From Vulcanimicrobiota bacterium (GTDB lineage Bacteria; Vulcanimicrobiota; Vulcanimicrobiia; Vulcanimicrobiales; Vulcanimicrobiaceae): a stretch of 64,000 bases of DNA. The stretch is taken from the NCBI GenBank assembly GCA_963733295.1, contig CAVTCS010000003.1, forward strand, positions 576,001-640,000. Reading direction: 5' to 3'. The notes under the pieces were generated by a model that saw nothing but the letters and a program-made list of their open reading frames with translations, was not told the DNA's origin and searched no databases. The translations under genes were made by a program, and so were the position numbers. This document shows positions 9,388 through 17,797 of the stretch, piece by piece. The first letter of the stretch is position 1, and every line of letters begins with the position of its first letter.

Positions 9388-10110
9388 CTAGTTTGCGGAG
9401 GCCGCGGTTTTCCAGTTGACCGCCGTGATTCCCGAGACGTGCTCGAGGCTCGTCGAAAACTCTTTGACCACTTCATCATTTTTGCGCCCCATCAGCGACA
9501 GCGTTGCGACGATTGTGACTTGACCGGCGTCAGTCTGCTCTGATGAGATTCGAACGAGGCGCAAGCGCGAAGCGCTTACCGCAGCCAGAATCGCATCTCT
9601 GGCTGCGTCCGACGCCGCCTGCCGGCATACGATCTCGCACTGGTATTCCGTATCGGCGTCCGGCACAAATCGCGAATGCCTGCGAACGAACTGCCTGACG
9701 TACGGCGAGACAAAATTCACGATCGTGATGGCGACGGCGCCGGCAGTGGCCTGGGGGTAGAAACCGAACGCCGCCAAACCGCCGACTGCCGCGGTCGCCC
9801 ACATGGTGGCCGCAGTGTTCAGACCGCTGACGTCGCTGCCTTGTCGCAAGATTACGCCGCCCGCGAGGAAGCCGATCCCGGTAACGACTTGCCCGATGAT
9901 TCGCGAGGGATCCCCGACCGAAGGCGCGACGATCAGCGGCGTGATCATCGCGAACAACGAAGTGCCGCCGCACACGAGAGCCATCGTGTGAACGCCGGCC
10001 GTACTCCGGCGCCACTCGCGCTCGAAACCGATGATCGAACCTAGCAAGACTGCAAACCCGAAGCGTTCGAAAAAGTCCATGCCCGTGAGCACGTGGTCGA
10101 GCGATCCCAC
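9388..10110 (-). CDS. mgtC: MgtC/SapB-family membrane protein with C-terminal ACT-like domain
   Basis: IGFERE...AG..T..LV, DPSRI..QVVTGIGFLAGG.I, GLNTAAT.W.TAAVG. Confidence 0.9.
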   Translation of the reverse strand: MGSLDHVLTGMDFFERFGFAVLLGSIIGFEREWRRSTAGVHTMALVCGGTSLFAMITPLIVAPSVGDPSRIIGQVVTGIGFLAGGVILRQGSDVSGLNTAATMWATAAVGGLAAFGFYPQATAGAVAITIVNFVSPYVRQFVRRHSRFVPDADTEYQCEIVCRQAASDAARDAILAAVSASRLRLVRISSEQTDAGQVTIVATLSLMGRKNDEVVKEFSTSLEHVSGITAVNWKTAASAN

Positions 10111-10113
10111 GAC

Positions 10114-10464
10114 CTATGCTCCGGCGGGCCTGACGGGACGGGTCCGCTCTATATCGCGCTCCAGAAAATAGTTCAAAAACGTCCGGATGGCAGCTATCGC
10201 CGCGAGTTGGCCGATGTCGTTCCAATTCGGCGCGATTGCGGAGCGAATGATGTCGGCGCCAAGTTCGAACTCGAGGGCGAGGACCAGCCACCTCGCAAAT
10301 CCCCGCCAGGCTTCGCGGCGCGTTCCGAGCGAGCGCTTCGGAACGAAAATCGCGGGGATGATGATGATGAAAGCTTCGAGGGCGCCGATCGCGACCACGA
10401 TCGCGGCGCCCAATTCCACGAACAGGGCGATCGTATTCGCAAAACTTCGAAATGTCTCTTCGAT
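10114..10464 (-). CDS. DUF1622-domain membrane protein (start uncertain: first canonical GTG 10419, probable ATC 10464)
   Basis: LALEFELGADII.S...P.W..IG.LAAIA.IRTFLNYFL.RD signature. Confidence 0.85.
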   Translation of the reverse strand: MEETFRSFANTIALFVELGAAIVVAIGALEAFIIIIPAIFVPKRSLGTRREAWRGFARWLVLALEFELGADIIRSAIAPNWNDIGQLAAIAAIRTFLNYFLERDIERTRPVRPAGA

Positions 10465-10581
10465 CGCTGAACCCTCCGCGGCACGGCCTAATTCACTACA
10501 GATACCGCAGACCCCCTCAGGACCCCACGTTCCGAGTTACGATGACAAGGTCTTTGGCGTTGCGAAGTTTTAGGTAGTGAC

Positions 10582-11514
10582 GTGGGCTTTGTGAGGATTA
10601 GCGCGCGCGTTGCCGCGAGCGTGGTGGCCGCGGCGGCGCTCTACGTTTACTCCGAACCGGCGAGCGCGCAAGAACTTGAACCGCGAGCTTATTCAGCGGC
10701 TCCGATCGGCACGAACTTTCTGGGCGAATCGTTTTCAAACTCGAGCGGTCAGGTCGGACTCTCGCCCGATCTCCCGGTCAGCAACGTGACGGCGGACGTC
10801 GACATTGCCAGCCTGGGTTTTTCGCATTCCTTCGATCTCGCCGGCCGCCTGGCAAGTCTCGCGATCCTGATTCCGTACGCTCAAGGTACCATTAGCGGCA
10901 TGGTGTTCGAACAAAGCCGGACGATCGGGCGAGCCGGCTTTTCCGATTTCAGTGGACGGCTCGCGATCAATTTTCTCGGGAATCCGGCGCTTACGCCGGC
11001 CCAGTTCGCCCGACGGAAGCCGGTGACGACGGTGGGATTCAGTCAAAGCATCGTTGCACCGACCGGCGTCTACGATCCCACACAGGCGATCAACATCGGC
11101 TCGAACCGCTGGGCATTCAAGTCGGAAGTCGGAATGGAACAGCCGGTCGGGAAGGCGTTCGCGGACTTCTCGGCCGGCGTTTGGTTCTTCACGGAAAACT
11201 CAGATTTCTTCGGCGGTCAAGTCCGAAGCCAAGCCCCACTCTCGACGCTTCAGGTTCACGCCGGCTATAATTTTGCGCCCGGGCTGTGGCTTGCGGCCGA
11301 CGGAACGTACTACCAAGGCGGCGGTGCTCGCGCGGACGGTGGACCGGCGCTGAACGACTTGGCGAATTCGCGCTACGGTCTTACACTGGCCATTCCGGCA
11401 ACGAGCGGCTTTTCGACGAAAGTGTCGTGGTCGAAGTGGCTGGCCGGCCGCTACGGGCAAAACTTCTCGACACTCGGCTTGACGTTGCAGTATCGTTGGT
11501 TCGACCGGCATTAG
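10582..11514 (+). CDS. Outer-membrane beta-barrel transporter (SphA / phenol meta-pathway-like)
   Basis: Signal peptide, QELEPRAYS..PIG.N, PTG.YD....NIG.NRW, alternating beta-strands, aromatic C-terminal LQYRWF. Confidence 0.8.
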   Translation: MGFVRISARVAASVVAAAALYVYSEPASAQELEPRAYSAAPIGTNFLGESFSNSSGQVGLSPDLPVSNVTADVDIASLGFSHSFDLAGRLASLAILIPYAQGTISGMVFEQSRTIGRAGFSDFSGRLAINFLGNPALTPAQFARRKPVTTVGFSQSIVAPTGVYDPTQAINIGSNRWAFKSEVGMEQPVGKAFADFSAGVWFFTENSDFFGGQVRSQAPLSTLQVHAGYNFAPGLWLAADGTYYQGGGARADGGPALNDLANSRYGLTLAIPATSGFSTKVSWSKWLAGRYGQNFSTLGLTLQYRWFDRH

Positions 11515-11557
11515 GCGGCGGCGGGGGGTTGGGTAACGACAGCGCGAACCCCCCCAC

Positions 11558-12418
11558 GTGAGCCCCGCAAAAATCGCCGCAATCGTCGTGCTCGTCTCGT
11601 TGACGTTCGGCGCTGGCCTTGAAGTCAATCGCGCGACTCTGGTGGCCATTCTCAAGGACGCCGGGCTCCTGGTGCGGGCGCTGCTGGCGAACTTCGTCCT
11701 CATTCCGCTCTGCGGAATTCTCCTCGTCCGCCTTTTCCGCTTGGACGCGGACGTGGCGACCGGTTTTCTGTTGATGGCGATAGCTCCGGGCGTACCCTTC
11801 GTCCTCATGTCGGCGCGCGAAAAAGGTGGCAGCTTGGGATTTGCAGTCGCGCTGACCGTGCTCTTCCCGCTGCTATCGATTCTGACCGTGCCTTTGACGG
11901 CGGAACTGGTTCTACCGGGCGGCGGCTTGGGGAATCTGTCGTTGACGTCGTTTTTCGTTACGCTCGTGCTGTTCCAATTCGTGCCGCTCATTGCCGGCAT
12001 GTTCGTCGGCGAACGGGCACCAGGACTGTTACCGAAGATCCAGCGTCCTGTGCAACTCGTCTTCGCCGCCGCGTTGATCGCGTTGTTCGCACTCCAGGGA
12101 GCGGCGGTCCTCGGCGCCATTCCCGTCGTCTTCGGATCGCGCGTGGGGATGGCGACCGTAGCGATCGTCGTGCTCTCGATTGGCCTGGGTTGGCTTTTCG
12201 GTGGCCCCCGGAGCCAAGACCGGCGCACGCTCAGTTCGGCGTCGTTGCTTCGCAATATCGGTCTTTGCGCAGTCATCGGTACCGCCGCGTTCCCGAACAC
12301 GCGCGTGATGCCCGCCGTGCTGACCTACTTCTTGGTTCAGATCGTCGCCAACATCGTTCTGAGCATGTACTTCAAAAGAACCGCGGTCCCGGCAGGCGCG
12401 GACGTGTCCTCGGCCTGA
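11558..12418 (+). CDS. Bile acid:sodium symporter (BASS)-family transporter, paralogue of 5176..6021
   Basis: ANFVL.P, MAIAPGVPF, GGSL.FA and RNIGL motifs shared with the first copy. Confidence 0.8.
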   Translation: MSPAKIAAIVVLVSLTFGAGLEVNRATLVAILKDAGLLVRALLANFVLIPLCGILLVRLFRLDADVATGFLLMAIAPGVPFVLMSAREKGGSLGFAVALTVLFPLLSILTVPLTAELVLPGGGLGNLSLTSFFVTLVLFQFVPLIAGMFVGERAPGLLPKIQRPVQLVFAAALIALFALQGAAVLGAIPVVFGSRVGMATVAIVVLSIGLGWLFGGPRSQDRRTLSSASLLRNIGLCAVIGTAAFPNTRVMPAVLTYFLVQIVANIVLSMYFKRTAVPAGADVSSA

Positions 12419-12486
12419 GCCGCCCGAAATTTAACCGCGTGAAGCGTCAGCGGGGTCGCATGGAAAGTCGCGGCGAAGGCCGGGCG

Positions 12487-13521
12487 ATGCTCTTCCCAAC
12501 GACGATTGCCGGAAGCCTGCCGAAGCCGAAATGGCTTGCCGATCCCGAACGCCTGTGGCCCGATTGGCGGCTCGCCGGCGAGGAGCTGCGCGACGCGCAG
12601 CGCGATGCCGTGCGGATCGCGATCTTCGAACAGGAACGTGCCGGGATCGACACCGTTTCCGATGGCGAGCAATCGCGCCGCCACTTCGTGCACGGCTTTA
12701 CGAGCGCCCTCGAAGGCATCGACTTGCAAAAAGTGAAGCGCCGCGGCATTCGCGCAGACCGTTACGAAGCCGATTGCCCGACGATCGTCGGGCCGATTCG
12801 CCGCAGCGCGCCGGTGCATGTCGAGGAGATGCGCTTCGCTCGCGACGCCGCCACGCGGCGCTTGAAAGTAACCTTGCCGGGGCCGATGACGATCGTCGAC
12901 ACGCTGAACGACGAATACTACGCCGGTCGCAAAGAGGCGGCATTTGCCTGTGCCGCTGCCTTGCAAAGCGAGATCGAGGCGCTCGTCGCGGCCGGCGTCG
13001 ACGTCGTTCAAATCGACGAGCCGGCCTTCAACGTCTATTTCGACGAGGTCGAGGAATGGGGCATAGCGGCGCTCGATGCGTGCGTCGCGGGTGCGACTTG
13101 CGAAACCGCCGTGCACGTCTGCTACGGATACGGCATCGCCGCGAACGTCGAGTGGAAAAGGGCTCTGGGCAGCGAGTGGGACCAGTACGCTCACATCTTC
13201 CCGTTCCTCGCGCGGAGCCGTGTCGATACGATCGCGATCGAGTTGGCGGGCTCGCGAGTTCCGCCGCGGGTTCTCGAATTGCTCGGTGACAAGAATGTGG
13301 CCGTGGGCGCGATCGACGTCGCGACCGATCGCGTCGAGACGCCCGAGGAGGTTATGGCAACGATCGAGCTCGCGCGCCGGCACGTCGCCGACGAACGCAT
13401 CCAATGTTCGACGAACTGCGGAATGGCGCCGATGCGGCGCGACGTCGCGTATGCGAAATTGCGTGCGCTTGGGTCTGGCGCAGCTCTGGCGAGACGATCG
13501 GGCGTTCCGACTCCGCGCTAA
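12487..13521 (+). CDS. Cobalamin-independent core methionine synthase (single MetE catalytic barrel; MesD-like)
   Basis: TTIAGSLPKP.WL, SDGEQ.R.HFV, LPGPMT, Q.DEPAFN, zinc ligands H.CYGYG and NCGMAP; no N-terminal folate-binding half. Confidence 0.85.
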   Translation: MLFPTTIAGSLPKPKWLADPERLWPDWRLAGEELRDAQRDAVRIAIFEQERAGIDTVSDGEQSRRHFVHGFTSALEGIDLQKVKRRGIRADRYEADCPTIVGPIRRSAPVHVEEMRFARDAATRRLKVTLPGPMTIVDTLNDEYYAGRKEAAFACAAALQSEIEALVAAGVDVVQIDEPAFNVYFDEVEEWGIAALDACVAGATCETAVHVCYGYGIAANVEWKRALGSEWDQYAHIFPFLARSRVDTIAIELAGSRVPPRVLELLGDKNVAVGAIDVATDRVETPEEVMATIELARRHVADERIQCSTNCGMAPMRRDVAYAKLRALGSGAALARRSGVPTPR

Positions 13522-13626
13522 CCGACCGCAAGCAGAGGAAACGCGTGCATCGAAGTGGACGCACGTCACACTGCACGCGCATCACGCTAAAGTAGTCGCT
13601 TACGCGCGACGATGCTACACACTGAG

Positions 13627-13651
13627 AGGCCGATCTTCGGCCTGCATTTTT
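13627..13651 (+). terminator. Possible intrinsic terminator or leader hairpin
   Basis: AGGCCGA-TCT-TCGGCCT followed by GCATTTTT. Confidence 0.4.
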
Positions 13652-13672
13652 CGCTTAGTGGAGGTCGCTTAG

Positions 13673-14815
13673 ATGCGGCATTCTTTCCTCGTGTCGCTCG
13701 CGCTCGGAGCCCTGATCCTGTCCGGTTGCGCTTCAGGTTCAGGCAGTTTGCCTAACCTCGGAAGCAGTGCCGGTGGTGGTGGAGGTGCAGCCGGTGCCGG
13801 CGGCAGCGGCGGCAGCGGCGGCAACGGCAGCGGCGGCAGCGGCGGACAAACCCAGGCCGTTAGGAATAAGCTGACGCTGCTCGTTCACGTTCCAAAGAGC
13901 GCCAGCACGGTCCACAGCGCGCGAGGTCGTAATGCGGCTTCCCGTCTGCATCCCGAGTGGGTCTCGCCCTCTTCCGACACCATCGTCTTGGACGTCGCCT
14001 CGGTGAACGGCACGGCGGGCTCGCAATCCCAGACGCAGTACCAGAGTTTGACGAACGGTAGCAATTGCTCGCCCGATGCCTCGGGCAACGGCATCGATTG
14101 TACGGTCGTGATGAACAACGTTCCGGTCGGCAGCGACTTCTTCCGGATCACGACCACCGATCAGACCGAGAGCGCTACCGCGCCCACGAACATTCAGCCG
14201 CTCGCGGCAGACGGCGTGACCCTCCTCGGTCCGGCTCTGTCGCAGAACTTCGTAGCTGCTACCGTCGTCAACACCGCAACGAGTAACTGCGACTCGAACG
14301 CGGGCGCGATCGTCAACTGCGTCGGCATCACGCTGGACGCGGTCATAGCGCACGGCGTCGGGCCTTCGGTCAACACCGGTGCGACCAATATGCCAGCAGG
14401 CGCGCCTGGAGCGCAAGGTTACTTCGTCTACGTCGGATTCTCCGACTACGACAACAACCTCATCTACGGCGGCGGCGGCGGAAACGGCAACGTCGGCGAT
14501 ACGGCCCTCTACACGAGCGTCGCGGCGGGTCTGGCCAACAGCCCGCAGGGCGAAGAACTCGACACGCTCTTCGTGAGCAGCTCGACCCAGCCGATCGTGC
14601 TCACCGACTACGGCACGACGACTATCCTCGGAAACGGCTCACCGGTTTCGACGACTCGAATCAACTACAACGAGTACATCGTGCCGACGAGCGGAGCAGA
14701 GACGACGGTCTGCGCCTGGGATCAGCCGGCCGGCCTCCTTGGAACGTCCTCGACGCAGTGCGCTTCAACGACGTTCTCCCCGCCGACGGCTCCGATCACG
14801 ATCATCGTCAACTAA
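13673..14815 (+). CDS. Hypothetical lipoprotein with Gly/Ser-rich linker
   Basis: SD GGAGG; lipobox LSG-C; GGSGGSGGNG linker; Thr/Asn/Gly-rich beta body with paired Cys. Confidence 0.8.
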   Translation: MRHSFLVSLALGALILSGCASGSGSLPNLGSSAGGGGGAAGAGGSGGSGGNGSGGSGGQTQAVRNKLTLLVHVPKSASTVHSARGRNAASRLHPEWVSPSSDTIVLDVASVNGTAGSQSQTQYQSLTNGSNCSPDASGNGIDCTVVMNNVPVGSDFFRITTTDQTESATAPTNIQPLAADGVTLLGPALSQNFVAATVVNTATSNCDSNAGAIVNCVGITLDAVIAHGVGPSVNTGATNMPAGAPGAQGYFVYVGFSDYDNNLIYGGGGGNGNVGDTALYTSVAAGLANSPQGEELDTLFVSSSTQPIVLTDYGTTTILGNGSPVSTTRINYNEYIVPTSGAETTVCAWDQPAGLLGTSSTQCASTTFSPPTAPITIIVN

Positions 14816-14838
14816 GAACGCAAGCTCCGGGGACTCCT

Positions 14839-14870
14839 CGAAGGGCGATCGGCGATCCGGTCGCCCTTCG
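14839..14870. terminator. Strong hairpin after the lipoprotein gene (putative terminator, no U-tail)
   Basis: 14-bp stem CGAAGGGCGATCGG / CCGGTCGCCCTTCG (one G-U) with CGAT loop. Confidence 0.55.
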
Positions 14871-14941
14871 CTCGTCCCGTCGCGCGAAGGCGTTCGGATC
14901 GCGCGTGCCGCAAGGCTCGAGCGTCCGAAGGAAGCGCGACT

Positions 14942-15556
14942 ATGACAAAAAAGCGGCCCCAACTCATTCCCAAATCGCGCGCCGGGGCTATCGTGCTCGC
15001 GTTGCTCTGCGTGATGTTACCGGCGGCTGTGCTGGCGGATCCGACGGCGGCCACGCTGGTGGACCGCTTGATGCACACGATCTATCCCGAAAAGGGTATA
15101 CCGCGCGGATACCAGATACCGGTTGCGACCGAGTTACCCGGTCAGAACCCGCGACAGGTTCAATTCGCGTTTACGCGCACCGCCGATCAAGCCGTGACGC
15201 TGCTGCGCTTCGATCTCTACGACGACGAGCCGAGCTTGAAGAAAAAGTATCCGTACCAGTGGTCGAAGGGCGGCTTCGATCTCGAGCTCAATCCGGTCAC
15301 CTACCGCTTCGGCAGCTATCGCGCCAGTTGCAGCGCTCACTACAGCAAAACGAAGGCGCAAATTGCGGACGTTTGCGATATGCCGATCGGTGCGACGGTC
15401 ATGGACGTCGCGACGACCTTCGAGGTGCCGCCCGGAACGGCGCTCGCTCAGAAGCCGTCGAATAACGCGTTTCTCGATTCGATTCGTGCCGTGTCGACCG
15501 CCTTCGTTACGAACGGCGCGACGTTCTACATCGAGGTAGGCGGACTCGCGCCCTAG
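14942..15556 (+). CDS. Hypothetical secreted protein
   Basis: Basic N-terminus, hydrophobic core and VLA-D cleavage site; coding-like composition. Confidence 0.7.
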   Translation: MTKKRPQLIPKSRAGAIVLALLCVMLPAAVLADPTAATLVDRLMHTIYPEKGIPRGYQIPVATELPGQNPRQVQFAFTRTADQAVTLLRFDLYDDEPSLKKKYPYQWSKGGFDLELNPVTYRFGSYRASCSAHYSKTKAQIADVCDMPIGATVMDVATTFEVPPGTALAQKPSNNAFLDSIRAVSTAFVTNGATFYIEVGGLAP

Positions 15557-15836
15557 CCTCGGAGCGCGAAGCTACAGCCGATAGTTCAAGCCGCTGGCGA
15601 GATGGTGAGCCTTCGCGTTTGAGATAAAGGCTCTCGACCAGCAGGTCGCCCGGAGCGATCGTGCACGGAGAATCGACGCCGCTGATCCCGTCGACGACGA
15701 TAAATTGACTAGCGGTTGCGCAGACGCCGGCCGGCTGCGTCGCGGCGACCGCCGCCGTCGCGCCGGCGAGAGCGAGAGAGGTAAGCAGGACGCTGGGCAA
15801 AGCGATGCTCGGGCGCTGCCAGAACGAGCGTTGCAT
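15507..15836 (-). pseudogene. Probable truncated N-terminal remnant of a secreted protein gene
   Basis: Signal peptide and C...SPC...PG..LVES.Y, then the frame degenerates and runs into the convergent gene. Confidence 0.4.
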
Positions 15837-15907
15837 TTAGGTAAACCTCACACAAGTCGCGGCGGTGGACCTGGAAAAATCGTGCCGCGCTGCTATATGC
15901 TTGAGTC

Positions 15908-16699
15908 ATGGTTGAACCCGCAGTCGCCCGGTTGGCGGAGGCCAAGCTTCAAGCGCGCGAATTTCAAGATCGCACTTTGGAAGGGCGCCGCATCTTCGCC
16001 GAGATGTGGGGAACGTTTTTACTCGTCCTCGTCGCGGCCGGCGCGACGGTCGTTTCGGCCCGCAGCCACGGTGCGGTTACCCTCGCGATGGCCGTCGTCG
16101 CACCGGGGCTGATGGTGATGACGATCATCTACTTCATGGGCGCCGTCAGCGGAGCGCATCTCAATCCGGCGGTGACGCTGGCGTTCGCGCTGCGACGGAA
16201 CTTCCCGTGGTATCGCGTTCCAGGTTATATCGTCGCGCAGTTCGCGGGCGGCATCGCTGCGGCGCTGTTTCTGCGCGGCATGTTCGGCTTGGCGGGTCAA
16301 GCCGGCGCGACGATTCCGGATCCGTCGCTCGGTGCCGGCAAGGCGTTCGTTATGGAAGTCGTGCTCACTGCGGGTCTGGTGAACGCGATCCTGGGCACCG
16401 CGTCGGGCGCGCGGAATATCGGAACGAACGGCGCCATTGCCGTCGGCGGCTACATCGCGCTGGCGGGACTGTGGGCCGCTCCGATAAGCGGAGCCTCGAT
16501 GAACCCCGTTCGCTCGTTTGCGCCGGATTTTGCTCGAGGCGATTTCTCAACGACCTGGGTTTACATTCTCGGGCCGCTGCTCGGAGCTGCAATCGGCGTC
16601 GCCTTCGAAACGATACTCAAGGGGCCGCCTACGGTCGCGGGCAGCCGAGCGGCCCAAGGCATGCTGGACGGCGACGAAGACGATATGCGCAAACGTTAG
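15908..16699 (+). CDS. MIP-family aquaporin/aquaglyceroporin
   Basis: SGAHLNPAVT and SGASMNPVRS boxes (NPA/NPV), 6 TM segments. Confidence 0.93.
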   Translation: MVEPAVARLAEAKLQAREFQDRTLEGRRIFAEMWGTFLLVLVAAGATVVSARSHGAVTLAMAVVAPGLMVMTIIYFMGAVSGAHLNPAVTLAFALRRNFPWYRVPGYIVAQFAGGIAAALFLRGMFGLAGQAGATIPDPSLGAGKAFVMEVVLTAGLVNAILGTASGARNIGTNGAIAVGGYIALAGLWAAPISGASMNPVRSFAPDFARGDFSTTWVYILGPLLGAAIGVAFETILKGPPTVAGSRAAQGMLDGDEDDMRKR

Positions 16700-17343
16700 G
16701 GAATAGGTTGCTGAGCCAGGACGAAGAGAGCCACGATCAGCGTGATGAAACCGACGCTCACCACGAACACATGCGAGGGGTATGGGAAACGCGTGCAGAT
16801 TCCAGCCAAGAATGAAACGGCTGCGAAGCTCACGGTGAGCCGGACGTAATCGTCCCCGGTTTCGTTTGCCTTTTGGGCGGCGGCGAACTTCGCTCCGGCC
16901 ACGGCCTGCATCCGGTCGGCCAGCTCGTTTTCCTTGAGTCGATACTGTGGCATGGCGAAGGGCGACGGCGGCGCGTTCGGGTTCGTCATCGGACGCGTCG
17001 CGAGCCAAGCCGCAAACGCCGGCCGCATTTCAGGGCGAAAACGCTTCGCGATGAAATCGCGTACCGAGGGGTGGTTTTCTTCCGCCGCGATGATGTATTG
17101 AAGGAAGAGGCCGACGTCGACGGTTTCCAGCGCGTTGGCGCGAGCCTGATGCTCGGCCCCGATGAGCCGGGTCGCGCCTGCTTGCTGGTACTGCCGAGTC
17201 GCGATCGTTCCCCAACGTGAGGCTTGGTAGCCGCACCAGGCGGTGAGCACCGTCGCGAGAGAGATCAGCCCCACAGCCGCGATATCGACGAGTCTGTCGA
17301 AGCGCCCTTTTTGGGTCTCCGGGCGCGCAGCCGTTGCGTCTAC
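16696..17343 (-). CDS. Hypothetical membrane protein (start uncertain: first canonical GTG 17274)
   Basis: SLAT..TAWCGYQA..W, helical periplasmic part with P.SPF.MP.Y, two C-terminal TM segments; frame open to the upstream stop overlap. Confidence 0.75.
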   Translation of the reverse strand, partial: VDATAARPETQKGRFDRLVDIAAVGLISLATVLTAWCGYQASRWGTIATRQYQQAGATRLIGAEHQARANALETVDVGLFLQYIIAAEENHPSVRDFIAKRFRPEMRPAFAAWLATRPMTNPNAPPSPFAMPQYRLKENELADRMQAVAGAKFAAAQKANETGDDYVRLTVSFAAVSFLAGICTRFPYPSHVFVVSVGFITLIVALFVLAQQPIP

Positions 17344-17717
17344 TGCGAGGCTCCGCCCGACTTTGCTTGTTGGATCGAGGCATGGAGCGACGCCTTGAAT
17401 TGGCTTTGCTGCGCCGGCGTCAGCACGCCGTAAATGTTCTTGAGGAGCGCCTTTTGTGCGGACTGCTTGGTTGCCGCGTCCGCGTTCGCCGTTTCGCTTT
17501 TGTAATTCTGAACCATCGGCGCGATTTGACGTTTCTGCTGCCGCGTCAGGTTGCAGCTTTCCAACGCCGTCTTAACCGCAGCTTGCATCTGTTGCGGATT
17601 CATCGCTGCCCCCGCCATTGCGCCGGAATTCGGGGCAGGTTGTTGGGCGAGCGCGACACCGGGCAGCGTTAGAGCGAGCGGCAAAGCGAAGCCGGCGAGC
17701 AATCGTGAAAGACGCAT
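17340..17717 (-). CDS. Periplasmic Spy/CpxP-like (LTxxQ) protein
   Basis: Signal peptide ALA-Q; NLTRQQK and VLTPAQQ motifs; SD GGAG. Confidence 0.7.
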   Translation of the reverse strand: MRLSRLLAGFALPLALTLPGVALAQQPAPNSGAMAGAAMNPQQMQAAVKTALESCNLTRQQKRQIAPMVQNYKSETANADAATKQSAQKALLKNIYGVLTPAQQSQFKASLHASIQQAKSGGASQ

Positions 17718-17797
17718 ACGTACTCCAATTGGAAGAAGAGCGGTTACCCGAAAAGCGGGCAGAAGACAGTACCCTGCGGTCGAGGAGCGGCCCTCCC

